Of a stretch of 64,000 nt of DNA, positions 1 through 49,064 are shown one piece after another. Numbering within the stretch: position 1 is the stretch's first letter; every line of letters starts with the position of its first letter. The stretch comes from a bacterium (GTDB taxonomy: Bacteria > UBA8248). The position numbers and the translations under genes were made by a program. The notes under the pieces are model-generated. The model was not told the DNA's origin. It saw nothing but the letters and a program-made list of their open reading frames with translations, and searched no databases. Where the stretch lies: contig CBDBZY010000051.1 in NCBI GenBank assembly GCA_965213685.1, forward strand, positions 32,001-96,000, in the 5' to 3' direction.

Positions 1-3199
<3,199 letters not shown>

Positions 3200-3372
3200 G
3201 ACACGAGGACCACCGCTTAGTCAGCACTGTGGCCGGGCGAGCCCCTCCCATTCGCGTGTTGTGTACGTAATTATACAGAGTGCTACATGATTGCCATTGC
3301 AGGTATAAATCAACTGTGTCACTGCTGATAGTACAGTGAAGTCACTGATTGTGGCATACTTCTAGGACAGTG

Positions 3373-5537
3373 TCAGGTTGTGGTCCATAAAACAGCAGCA
3401 ACAATGGCCATCAGAACAGTCCCAGCCATCATCCACAAGTGCAGGGCTGTGAAGAGTTGTGTGAGGTTAGGGCAAAGATTGTACAAATATGTCTTACAGT
3501 TAAAGGATAAAACTGAAGTGCTTCTATCCTGGTCTGTCACTGTTGCTCTTTTCTCAACATCCTTCAGAATAATCTGTGCAGGCCTCACACTCAACACCTC
3601 AGCCACACGGTCCGTTAACTCCTATATATGTGCATGGTGAGAAGGCAGCTAAGAACTCCACTCCTTCCTAGACCTCTACTGAGCACACCTTCCTAGTTTC
3701 GTCTGGGAATTGGTATGCACACAAGCAGATCTTCTGTCCAGCTACCACCACTAAAACTCGCTTTGGTAACTGCCACACACACATCTCTGACTTTCCTGTA
3801 CCCAAAGAGAGTGGATTCACCTGGCTTCGTGCCAGATTCTGCCTCAGTTCTTCCTGCTTCTCTGCACTGTCTTCACAGAGTCTGGTCCAGCGCACTGCAG
3901 AGCTCCTCAGAATGTCCTCACCAAGTCTCTGCATAGCATACCATACAACTCTCTCCTTGCCAGTTGGTATGTCAGCCAAGGACTGCACAGCATACCTGAG
4001 CTCCATCCACTGCAGTTGCTTCAGGAGGAACATATGCAATGCCTGCTACCTCTCCATGCACTTGCAGCATGACTGCACATTCCATCAGAGTGCTGGAGCC
4101 ACACGTAGTCGGCTGTGCCAAGGAGTGGATGGTAGAGGGTCGTACACAGGAAAAGGCATCAGTACATAGTGTACTTGTCCAGGCAAGCCATATAGCAGAT
4201 GCTTCTAGTCTACAGGAAGACAAACAGTACTCCACCTTCTGCGTCGGGTGCAGAGTGCAGTGGGTGTGCCGTTCATGCATTTCAGTCTCCAGTGGCTCAT
4301 CTCTGGCATAGCACTTGTCCCCCACCACCACCAGCCCTGACTGCAAAGGAGCCAATGCCTGCAGCAGATGCTCCTGCACAAGAATTAATGCACCAGAGAA
4401 GTCATGAAAAGAACAGACCTACGGCCAACCACCGCCTCACACCTGCACAGTCTGGCAGATGTCACCAGCAGTGCTGGGCATGTAAATGTCCATCCTCAAA
4501 GGAACAGTGCAGTCCAAACGATGTAAGGAGTCAGCTTGTGTCTGGACGCTGAGAGTAGCTGGCTGGTATCCAGCCTGCAGGAAAAACACACACACACACA
4601 CACACACACAGAAATTGCTCTAACAGATTACAAAATTACCACTGAGTTACTGATATCCAGTCGCTGACATGAGAATCTGTACAAAGATATACATTCATCC
4701 TCTGTTGAGATTGGAGGGCAAAGGCATCGTGCTACCTGTGTGTGGTTGTTGACAAGTGCAGCAACACTCTGTAAGAATGTGGTTGATGCAAATAGTTTAA
4801 CAGGGGCTTGCTGATTTGGCACACTTTAGGAATCAAAAAGTGAAGTTTAGCCAGTGCAGAGCTGCTGAGTGCACCAGAGACCAGGTAGAGCCCCACGACG
4901 GTCAGGCCTCCAGGGAGCATGTCCCACACCTGCAGCCAAGTGCATACACACACAAGTAGCCAGTGGACACAAAACAATGGTCAGAACTATCCCTAGACTT
5001 GGTAATACCTGATGAGCATGATCATCCACCCACCACCCCTCAGCTGGTAGGTCATCTTTCCCTTTAAAAGAAACTGCCATACTAACTACACATGAGCAAA
5101 CACTCACAACCCCCTACTGTGCAATGCTACTGTGCAATGCTACTGTGCAATGCTACTGTGCAATGCTACTGTGCAAGCTACTGTGCAATGCTACTGTGCA
5201 ATGCTACTGTGCAATGCTACTGTGCAATGCTATCAATGGTACACTACAGATGAACCAATGTGTGGAGTGCAGCAAACCCTCACAAAAAAATGAAATGTTG
5301 AGGACTAAGCTCTTACCACTGTTGTCTCCCACAGCACCTTCCAGTAGTGGCGTAGGCGCGTGAAGTAAAACGCAATCCCTCTCCGCAGACAACTAGCAGT
5401 GACGAATGGCTGACAACCAAACTCATTCATCGTTCGTTATGCTCACTTACCAGGCCGACCAGCACGCCAATCCCCGTCCGCGGGCTGGTGATGAGCTGCT
5501 GTTTCACTCTCTCTTGCAGCACTACTTCATGAGTCAT
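3373..5537 (-). CDS. ODR4: Protein odr-4 homolog (ER GPCR-maturation factor), multi-exon
   Basis: MTHEVVLQERV...GVLVGL/LSAERDCVLLHAPTP, WWVDDHAHQV/WDMLPGGLTVVGLY and WQLPKRVLV are present, with a C-terminal transmembrane segment MMAGTVLMAIVAAVLWTTT*. This matches the recalled ODR-4 layout. Confidence 0.8.
5114..5232. repeat. 13-bp minisatellite (CTACTGTGCAATG) x~9
   Basis: Directly visible tandem array in an ODR4 intron. Confidence 0.9.
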
Positions 5538-5606
5538 TGTTCTTGTTGAAGCGCACCCAGACCAGCATGACACATGGGGATTTCCCGAATTGTAATCGGC
5601 GGGAAC

Positions 5607-7876
<2,270 letters not shown>

Positions 7877-7990
7877 TGGAGCCGGTGACAGGGACACATG
7901 TTGTGTAGGCAAATGTAATAATAATTATACAAGTAACAGTTTTGAGCTGATGTATATATGTGCTGGTTCTGAGCTGATGTATTGCTATGA

Positions 7991-9909
<1,919 letters not shown>

Positions 9910-10053
9910 CTGGCTTGCATAAGGAATACAGAAATATTGGAACAGAAATATTGGAACAGAGTTGGGACAGGCAAGAGGGTGTGCTATATTTGGAAAAGTA
10001 GTAGGTAAGTTGTGCTCTGTTGCTGTTTCTTACGGATAGAATTGTGAGAGAGT

Positions 10054-10980
10054 ATGGTGTTCTTAACGCGCGTGTGGCGACACGGAGTGGCCGCACTCTC
10101 GGAAACCCTTGGCCACTGTGTACCTGCGCACAAGCCGCTATCTGAGGGCGATCTGCAGACCCTCGAGCGATTTTTACTGAGTTCCCGGAGGCTCTTTGTT
10201 ATGAGTGGGGCTGGTATCTCCACGGAGTCCGGGATCAAAGACTACCGCTCAGAGGCAGTAGGACTCTACGCTACCTCCTCGCACCGACCCACCACCATTG
10301 CAGATTTCCTTCGCAGCGCCGGCGTGCGGCAGAGGTACTGGGCCAGAAACACGACCGCCTGGCCTGTGTTCAGAGCCTTCACCCCCAACGTCTCCCACAC
10401 GTTCTTTGCAGCGCTAGAAAAGATGGGTCGCTTGCATTGGCTGGTGACACAGAACGTGGACCGCCTGCACCACAAGGCTGGGTCGCAGCGTGTTACTGAG
10501 CTGCACGGCAGCGTGTTCTCGGTGTCCTGCCTCTCCTGCAGACGCAGCGTCAGCAGAGAACAGCTCCAGGAGCGCATCTATCAGGAGAACCCCACATGGA
10601 ACGCCACGCCCGAAGGCTTTGCTCCTGATGCAGATGTGTTTGTGTCGGAAGAGGCGGTCCAGACCTTCACCACTCCGTTGTGCCAGCGGTGCGGGGGAGA
10701 CCTCAAGCCAGACGTAGTGTTCTTTGGGGACTCTGTTCCAAGGGAGAGAGTGGACTTCATCAACAGCCGTTTGGCGGAAGCTGACAGTTGTCTGGTGGTG
10801 GGTTCTTCTCTGGAAACGTATTCCTCTCTCAGACACATTCGCCATGCCACTGAGCTGGGCTTGCCCCTGCTCATTCTGAACATAGGCCACACTAGAGCAG
10901 ATGCATTTGCAGATATAAAGGTCTCTGGAAGATGTGGAGAGGCCTTTGACTGGCTTTCCAAGAGGCTGATGCTGGACTAA
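10054..10980 (+). CDS. SIRT4: NAD-dependent sirtuin 4, mitochondrial; intronless ORF
   Basis: GAGISTESGIKDYRSEAVGLY, RQRYWARN..AWP, LVTQNVDRLHHKAG, ELHG, the CxxC...CxxC zinc site and LKPDVVFFGD match class II sirtuins. Confidence 0.95.
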   Translation: MVFLTRVWRHGVAALSETLGHCVPAHKPLSEGDLQTLERFLLSSRRLFVMSGAGISTESGIKDYRSEAVGLYATSSHRPTTIADFLRSAGVRQRYWARNTTAWPVFRAFTPNVSHTFFAALEKMGRLHWLVTQNVDRLHHKAGSQRVTELHGSVFSVSCLSCRRSVSREQLQERIYQENPTWNATPEGFAPDADVFVSEEAVQTFTTPLCQRCGGDLKPDVVFFGDSVPRERVDFINSRLAEADSCLVVGSSLETYSSLRHIRHATELGLPLLILNIGHTRADAFADIKVSGRCGEAFDWLSKRLMLD

Positions 10981-11063
10981 ATATATTGTGTGCATACATA
11001 GTGATATATTATTATACTTGTACATTTATTATGGTGGCCCGAACTGTCTCTTGCAGGTGGCCG

Positions 11064-12308
11064 ATGATTAGTAGACTCAGCAGGTTATTACACGCTGGTG
11101 CACAGTGGGCGGCAATGGACCTGCAGTCTGTGGTGGGCCACCTGGAGGCCATCTCCCCCTCCTCCCGAGCAGAAAGCTGGGACAATGTGGGGCTGCTGGT
11201 AGAGCCTTCAGGAAACCCTGCAGTGCACAGCATAATGTTAACTACTGACCTGACGGAGGCGGTGATGGACGAGGCCGAGGGTGTGGGGGCAGGGCTGATA
11301 GTGTCTTACCACCCTCCAATATTTCACCCTCTGAAGAGGCTCACCCAGAACACAGCCAAGGAGAAGATTATTGTGCGAGCGCTAGAGCTGAAGATGGCTG
11401 TCTACTCCCCCCACACTGCCCTGGACAGCATTGAGGGAGGAGTAAATGACTGGCTACTTCAGGGGCTGGGGGAAGGCCAGGTGCAGGTTCTGAATGTCAG
11501 CATGCTTTCTCCTCACCCATCCAAACTACTGACTGTCCATGGGCTGGCAAAGGAGGCTGCACCAGGGCTGGTCCAGGGGAGAGGCGTGACCTCCAAACCT
11601 TCTCAAAGGTCCGTGCCTTCTGCCAGCAGCACAATGTACCCACTCACTTCTCCTGTTTGATGTGCAGTGACCCGTCTCTCTGTGACCTGGAGCTGACCTG
11701 CACAGATGCTGAGGTGGCCTCTCTGCTCCTCCACCTCCACACCACTGCACCCAACACTCACCTCTCGCTCCAATCCAGAACTCAGGTAGACAGTCAACAT
11801 CATGGCAGGTGCTGCATGTGCCAGAGCTAACCTAGTGCCTCTGGTGGCAGGTCCCAGTGGCAGGAGCAGGGCGAGTACTCACCCTCACTGAACCCGTGAC
11901 CCTCTCACAGTTGGTGAGCAGAGTCAAAGCTCACCTACATCTTCCCTACGTGAGGGTGGCCTGCCCAGCTGGCTGGAAAGAGGAAGCTACTCTTTCCACC
12001 ATAGCTGTGTGCGCTGGCTCTGGGGGTCGAGTCCTCAAGGATGTGGATGCTAATGTGTACCTAACAGGTTTGTTCCTCTAGTCCAGCCACAGGCTCTGCA
12101 ACGTGACCCTCTGCCCCCTGCAGGGGAGATGAGCCACCATGACGTGCTGGCAGCCACCGCCAGGGGAGTGGTGGTGATCCTGTGTGAACACAGCAACACA
12201 GAGAGAGGGTTTCTGCAGTCCTACTTGTCCCTCCTACAGGCCAGGCTAGCACCAACTGTGGCCATGGCTCTGTCAAAGAGTGATGTGGACCCTCTCACAG
12301 TTGTGTAG
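11064..12308 (+). CDS. NIF3L1: NIF3-like protein 1, multi-exon
   Basis: AESWDNVGLLVEP, LIVSYHPPIF, YSPHTALDS..GGVNDWL, IAVCAGSGG, YLTGEMSHHDVL and CEHSNTERGFL, ending at stop 12306-12308. An alternative start at 11115 is possible. Confidence 0.92.
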
Positions 12309-12468
12309 GGCTGTTCTCATATTGTGCTAGGTTAGAGTTACTATCTATGTTTATAGCTACTCTCACAATAATTGTGTAGTACTGTTTTATGTTATAAAAT
12401 TGTGCTAATTGATAGCTACAAACAAATACTCTGACATGTTCTGAGTGTTCTTTGGCTGGCTCTGGTGG

Positions 12469-19538
<7,070 letters not shown>

Positions 19539-19611
19539 TTGGACAGTGGGCTTTAATTGGATACCAGTGTATATGATGCGCATCAAATAGATTTCGACGC
19601 ACGGAAACAGA

Positions 19612-21212
19612 ATGGGCGGAGGAGACCTGGTGAGGGCTGGGTAAGGTGGTACTGGGCCACTCACTCTGTGCCACTCCTGGCGGTAGATAATGGGATGAAT
19701 TCTGAGCACGCGTTCACTGGCCCACTCTGTGGCCCCCCAGAACCTCAAGAAGAGCTGGCACCCGTCCACCTTTCACAACTTGGAGAAGGTGTGGAAATTG
19801 GAGCAGAAAAATGAGGCAGAGAGGAAGAAAATTGAGCAGCTACAACAGGAGCTGAGGGAGGAGCGGTCCAGAGAGGATGTCCAGCGCATGGCAGTGGAGG
19901 CTGGGGTAGTGAAGTGAGCCGGCAACTGAGTTGAGGTACGTGTGTGTGCACAGTTACGTTGTGTCTGAATCACTGAAGGAAAAAAGATGACCGAGTGGAC
20001 TGGATGTATGCTGGGCCAGCGAGCCACGTGGACAGGGAGGAGTACCTGCTGGGAAAAAGGATTGACAGGCAGATTGACCCACTGCTGGCCAGTGAGGAGA
20101 AGGAGAAGGAGGTGAGGAGGAGAGGGTGGGGGCGTGGAGAGGGTGGAGGTCACAGTGTTCTTCTGGGGCAGGCACTGGCTACTGGACCAGGCGCGCTGTT
20201 CTCAGCTCCTGATGCAGCCAACAGTACAGCTGACCTGGCCATCAAGGTGAGGGAAGACCCTCTGTTTCTGATCAGGAAGAAGGAGGAAGAGGCCAAGAAG
20301 CAACTGGCCTCCAACCCTGTTAAGATGAAGCAACTCCAGGAGGTATGTCTCAACATACATGTACATAGGAGCTTGCATAACTCCTCCCACCACTCGCTCC
20401 ACTTGCCTCAGCTGCTGGCTAAAGAGAGGCACAGTAAGCACCACCACAAGTCAAAGAAGAAGAAGAAACAGAGAGAGCGCTCCAGATCACCACACAGGTA
20501 CTGCATGTTGTGTGGGTGTGGATGTGTGTGTAGTGTGAGTTGTGGCTCTGCTCACTACAGGAAGTCCAGCAAGAGGAGGAGGTGAGTTGTGTTGTGTGGA
20601 CCGCATGGCGGGAGGTGTGTTGCCGAACTCTCTGCTACATCCCACAGAGAGCAGTCCCCCTCTCCTGTGCGGCAGAGGCAACACTCCCCACTCCCAGCCA
20701 GGCACACATCTCATGCCTCACCCTCACAACGTCACCACTCACCTCCTCACAAGACCACCTCCACAGCCTACAAGTCCCATAGCAGGTGAGGTGTGAGATG
20801 GTGTGAGATATGTGGTCTGGGATGTGGGATGGTGTGAAGTGTGTGGTGTGGAGTGTGTGATTGGTGCCCTGTGTGTGCAGCCGACTCAGCCGGGAGGAGC
20901 TGGAGAGGAGGAGGGAGGAGATGATGGCGGATGCCAGGACCCATGGCCGGGAGAGGGAGCAGCGTCTGAGGAGGCATGAGGAGGAGAGGAGGTGGGAGGA
21001 GGAGGACAGCCACACCTCACACTCATCAGACTTCCTACAGTGAGCAAGGGAGAGGCTGACCAGAGACCGCATGACCTTCTCCCCCTCCACCCAGGCCCCT
21101 GCGTGTGCAGTCCATGTCAGCTGCCCGCTCTGTGGAGGAGAGGATCCACCGCAGCATCGGATCAGTGCAGAGAACCAGCGCAGCTCTTGACTCTCACTTC
21201 CTCAGGAAATAG
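19612..21212 (+). CDS. CWC25: Pre-mRNA splicing factor CWC25, multi-exon
   Basis: MGGGDL/NLKKSWHP..F.NLEKVWK.EQK, VDWMYAGP...REEYLLGK, KVREDPLFLIRK and ELERRREEMMADA. Confidence 0.93.
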
Positions 21213-21613
21213 TGCTCTCCTCGCATTTTCCTATCATGTTCACTGTACAAGCACCTACCAACTGCACTGCATAGTACCATCACTGTGTGTTTATGCCTGC
21301 ACTGTGACTGTGTATTTATATCTGCTGGCTGGCCTATATACTGGTTGAATTATGAAAAGAACTAAAGTGCAAACCCTCGATCGGCGCAGTTGCATTGCCT
21401 GCTACAACAGCCTGCACAAATGATGCGAGCATTAATATTGTTGGCTTAGGTCAAGCAAAGCATGCTGATCCCAGTTCAGTTCATCACAACTTACAAGCTT
21501 GGATCAGATGTCCATGTATAACAATTATTGCTACTGTGCATGTTCTGAATTGTGTGTGTATAATTATATAGTAACGCTGTGTGTACATATTGATTGCTGT
21601 TGGTGTTCTGCTG

Positions 21614-21656
<43 letters not shown>

Positions 21657-21913
21657 ATTGATCATTGATCATCCACGCAGTGTTACATAGCATCAGTGAT
21701 TCAAAGAGCAAGATGTGATTTGGAGACAGAACAGCATGGGGAAAGTGGATGTGTGTGGTGGAGGTTGAAGGTAAAGAGGTGAGGGGCGTAAAGGGATGGA
21801 GGAGAGTCCAGAAGTGATGGTTTGTGCCTGTGCAGAGAATAGTGGGAGTGAGCAGGGGGACGTCACTACTCATGAAGTCAATACCTGCACAATCCTATTA
21901 GGAGTGGTTGCTG

Positions 21914-30107
<8,194 letters not shown>

Positions 30108-30111
30108 GGCT

Positions 30112-30146
<35 letters not shown>

Positions 30147-31204
30147 GAGGAGGAGGAGGAGGAGGAGGAGGAGGAGGAGGAAGAGGAGGAGGAGGAGAGG
30201 TGTGAGGTGGTGAGGGAGGAGGGGAGAGAAGAGAGGGAGGATGGGAGGTGGGAGGGGGGGAAGGAAGGAAGGAAGTGAGGAGGGAGGGGAGGGGAGGGGA
30301 GGGGGGAAGGGAGAGAATGAGAAGTTTGATTGTGACATGCCACTCTGCACTGTGATCAGTGGTGTTGTGTACATGTACCATTACAACATTAGGCACTGGA
30401 TGCTTGCCGCTGGACAGAATACCTTGCTCCAGCCAATGTCCACTACCGGGAGGAGACATTTCACAGAAGAGACACACAGCACCACAGCAGGTGACCTGGA
30501 CTAACACCTACCACCCAATCACTGCTGCTGTGACTGGCCTAACATGCTGAAGTGACCAGATGTGGGCCACTTATCACTTCCCCCTCCCCCTTTCCATGAG
30601 TTGACCCAAACAAAGCCGTTGCCTAGATACATTTGAAGGCACCATCCCTCAATCCCACTGGGTATTGCTAGCAGGCTCTGAAGTGCAGCAAACATCGTGA
30701 GAACAAAGCCTGCAGAGGAACACCCATTGGGCCAGACCGAATGTGAATACTGGCAGTAGTGGGTGGTGAATGGCCTACTGGCCAGTGAATTCACTGTCCA
30801 GCGTGGCTGGAGACAGGCACCTCAGCCATGAATACCACTAGCAGGGCCTGCAGAGCAGCCTCTGTCTGGCACACACACTCACACCCACAGGAGGCCAGCA
30901 CAGACACCGCATGGTACACCAGCCACAGAGGGGGGAGGGAGGGACGTCCTATCAACAGGCCTTGGCATGCAGCAGTGCTGAAACCAGTCGTCTGTCGCCT
31001 CAGGCCTAATGCAGCAACACACAACCCCAGTCACGGGCCACTCACACACCTCCCACTGACAATGCCACAGGCCACTAGTCTCAGAGCAATGTGTCTGCTG
31101 TGCACCTTCCTATAGGACATATGGTTCACAGACATAGCCCACTGCCAGCCAGGAGGTAAAAATGGGCCCACAAATCACTCCTTCTGTCACCACCAAGGTG
31201 CCTG

Positions 31205-31362
<158 letters not shown>

Positions 31363-31933
31363 ACAGATGTCCACATAATGGGTGGGCCTCCCCCACAAAC
31401 TGTAAGTGTGCGACTAAACGGTGATCGATCTTCAGAGCTAGTGTGTGTATGTATTTGCTTGCGTGTTCGCGCGCTATAAAACGTCAAGTAAGGCCTACTT
31501 GGACCCTGATCTCTCGGTAACCGATCTCTCCACAACCCCATGACACGTGAGCCGCGGTTCTCTGCCCGTAGCCTACTGCCCGGCGTTACAGCCAAGCCCC
31601 CCAGTACATAGATACGCCAGTAGTGAAGTATTGCACTCACCTAATGGAAACGCCGCAGACAAGTCAGCGGTACCGTCTCTCCATGTAACTACCCCCTAAA
31701 CTGCCTAACGTCAGCATGCAGAGTGAATTCATAACTAAAGCAATTACACAATAATTGATTACGTCACGCATCATTATATCCGCCCACGCAAAAGCGAACG
31801 GGGCAAAAGCATTTGATCAGGGAATACGGTGCAAACATTCACTGGTCACAGAGGCAACGGAGACTTAGGGAATAGCTATAGTACAGCAGAGCATGTCTCT
31901 TAGCAACAGTCAAAGAAGTAGGTGGGGCCTGGC

Positions 31934-42963
<11,030 letters not shown>

Positions 42964-43089
42964 CTCTTCAGTAGGTCTCTAAGACGGGTAGGAAATGGAG
43001 CGCCTTTTTAACACCAACGTTGCGGGTACGAAGATATCACGTGTACAGCACGTGCTTCATGATGCCGCACGCGCAGGATTTGCTGGCAT

Positions 43090-43129
43090 CATAGATAATA
43101 CACGCTAACGTTAGCGTGTATTGTCTATG
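43090..43129. mobile_element. 40-bp palindromic micro-element (CATAG...CTATG) with a 7-bp flanking direct repeat CTGGCAT
   Basis: CATAGATAATACACGCTAAC|GTTAGCGTGTATTGTCTATG (one mismatch). CTGGCAT occurs at 43083-43089 and 43130-43136. Confidence 0.7.
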
Positions 43130-43500
43130 CTGGCATAAAGCAAACTCTAAGAGGTGCTACATTGTAACAACCAAGCAAAATCTTTTCTGGATGTATGTTT
43201 GAGATGGTATAGTTAAGAAAGTTTCAAAGTCCAGAAGTGTTTATTTGCAGCGGTTGCTCTTATGAGAGAGCAAGCATGAAAGTTCATAAAAAGGAGAATG
43301 ATACAATCTATCTATGATACAACATGTTTAGCAAGTATAGATAGGACATATTCTGGGAATGCAGTCCCGAGCAATGGGATCAAGAAGCACCACAAGCGCA
43401 GTCGTGAGTTGAGGTAAACATGCACACACTTCCGGGGCGTGTCGGGGGTGTGAGGCATGTGACCGAGCTGACCTTCTGACCGAGCTGCCTCGACTCTCTC

Positions 43501-43575
43501 CAGTGTGTGCTGCCGCCATGGGAGAGAAGGCTGGGTCAGTGTGTGCTGCCGCCATGGGAGAGAAGGCTGGGTCAG
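43501..43575 (+). repeat. 36-bp exact tandem duplication spanning the serine dehydratase Kozak/ATG
   Basis: CAGTGTGTGCTGCCGCCATGGGAGAGAAGGCTGGGT occurs twice head-to-tail. Confidence 0.92.
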
Positions 43576-45128
43576 ATCACCCGCTGTACGTGCAGACGCC
43601 GCTTCTCAGGAGCAAAAAGCTGTCGGAGAGAGTGGGAGCCAACGTGTGGCTGAAGATGGAGACGGTGCAGACCTCCGGCAGCTTCAAGACCAGGGGACTC
43701 AGCAACTTCGCAAAGAAGGTGGGCGAGCCAGCGCGCTGCATGTGAGGCTCGAGTTTGTCATGCATAGCAATACCCTCCTCGTCACCACAGGCTGTGGAGC
43801 GAGGGTGTACTCAGTTTGCGAGCTCATCAGGTACCGTACACGCAACTCCTCCGCTGATACGTGCATGTTTGCAATGTTTCTCTCTGTCTCCTCTCCTCCC
43901 TGCAGGCGGCAATGCTGGCCTCGCTGCTGCATACATTGCTCACGAGCTGGGCCTGCCCATCACCGTTGTGGTGCCACAGACCACACCCTCCTTCATAGTG
44001 GAGAAGCTGAGGGAAGAGGGAGCCACAGTGGAGGTGGTGGGGAAGGTGAGGAGGAGGTGGGGAAGGTGAGGAGGAGGCCACACAGGCAGTGGTATTGAAA
44101 CAATGCATGGAGGAAGGGCAGTGATTGCATTGGCTGCCGACACATGAGAGGCCCTCGTGACTGTCATCTGCCCTACAGGTATGGGATGAAGCCAACCAGA
44201 GGGCGCTGCAAATAGCCACCAGACCAGGTCAGTGACCCATACCTGCCCTCTGCACTGACCCTCCCCCACTAACTCACCTGACCTTGCACCTTCCACCATA
44301 GGATGCGAACTACTGCACCCATTTGACCACCCTGACATCTGGTGAGGATAGTTTGCTTGTCCTGACCTGTGAACTCTGTCCCCTCATCTGCCCTCTCCCC
44401 TGCCAGGGAGGGGCACTCCACCATAGTGGAGGAGATCAGGAGCCAGCTGCGGGGCATCACGCCCGACCTGGTGGTGGTGTCGGTTGGGGGAGGAGGGCTC
44501 ATGAATGGAGTGCTGCAGGGCATGCATGGCGTGGGCTGGGAGGGGGTTCCCCTACTGGCCATGGAGACGGAGGGAGCTCACAGCTTCTATGCATGTGCCC
44601 AGGCCAACGAATGGGTGGAGCTTGATGACATCACTAGGTATGTGGTAGCCACTAGTACACTGCTCATGGCCTCCCCTCCTAACTCGACCCTCCCCTCCCA
44701 TGCCCTCAGTGTTGCACGCTGTCTGGGAGCCAAGAGGGTGTGCAAGAGGTCATTTGAGTGGCTGTCCCAACACCCTATCATCCCACACAAGATCTCTGAC
44801 AGAGAGGCCGTTGCTGCCTGCATCAAGCTGGCAGGTCAGCCTTGCTGGTTCATCAGTGCTTTGTCACTGAGGGCACTGAGGTGCTGCAGTGTCCACACTG
44901 CGTTCCAGTATTGAGTTGACTATTCTCACCTCCTCAGATGACCACCGTGTGCTGATTCCTCCTGCCTGCGGAGCTGCAGTGGCTGCAATCTACTCCACAA
45001 CTCTTCAGGAGCTGCAGGAAGCGGGCCACCTGTCACGCCCCCTCTCACACATTGTGGTGATAGTGTGTGGCGGCAGTGGAGTGAACCTGGACACCATCCA
45101 GCAGTGGAAGGGAACCTACAACCTGTAG
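43518..45128 (+). CDS. L-serine/threonine dehydratase (SDS/SDSL family, PLP-dependent), multi-exon
   Basis: LYVQTPLL, LKMETVQTSGSFKTRG, SSGGNAGLAAAY, HPFDHP, VVSVGGGGLMNG, PACGAAVAA and VVIVCGGSG. Confidence 0.92.
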
Positions 45129-45358
45129 CCCCACCCCCCAGCCCTCACTCCTCAGAATAATTGCTGTATATATCATTTTTTCTGCATCTCATATCCATCA
45201 CCATACATAGCTACTGCTATTTATCATCCAGTGATTCATTACGTGACATGTAATTAAGGGTCATGTGAAGAGGCCACAGGCCTAGGCTGGTATAACAGTC
45301 ACAAGTACACACACACATCAGGACAAAGTAGTGGTAAAAATGTGAATATTTATAGTTC

Positions 45359-46479
<1,121 letters not shown>

Positions 46480-46586
46480 GGCCTCTCTCCGCCCTGCTGG
46501 CCCGTTGCACAACCTCCCTGCAGCGCAGAAAGGGTTACTTCACGAGCACATGTTTAAGGTTAAAGGTCGGTGCTGAGTCCGCTATC

Positions 46587-48868
<2,282 letters not shown>

Positions 48869-49064
48869 CAGCAGCAACAGCACTAGCCTTCGTGTGTGTG
48901 TGTGTGTGTGTGTGTGTGGACCTGTTGACTGTTGGCCTACAATCACCACATCTTACCAGTATGCATATTATGTACAATCATGTAATTCATTAAGTTATTG
49001 GAACTTCACGGTCACTGATTTCATGTATACAAACATAAGGAATATCTGATATGGTCATGAGGTG

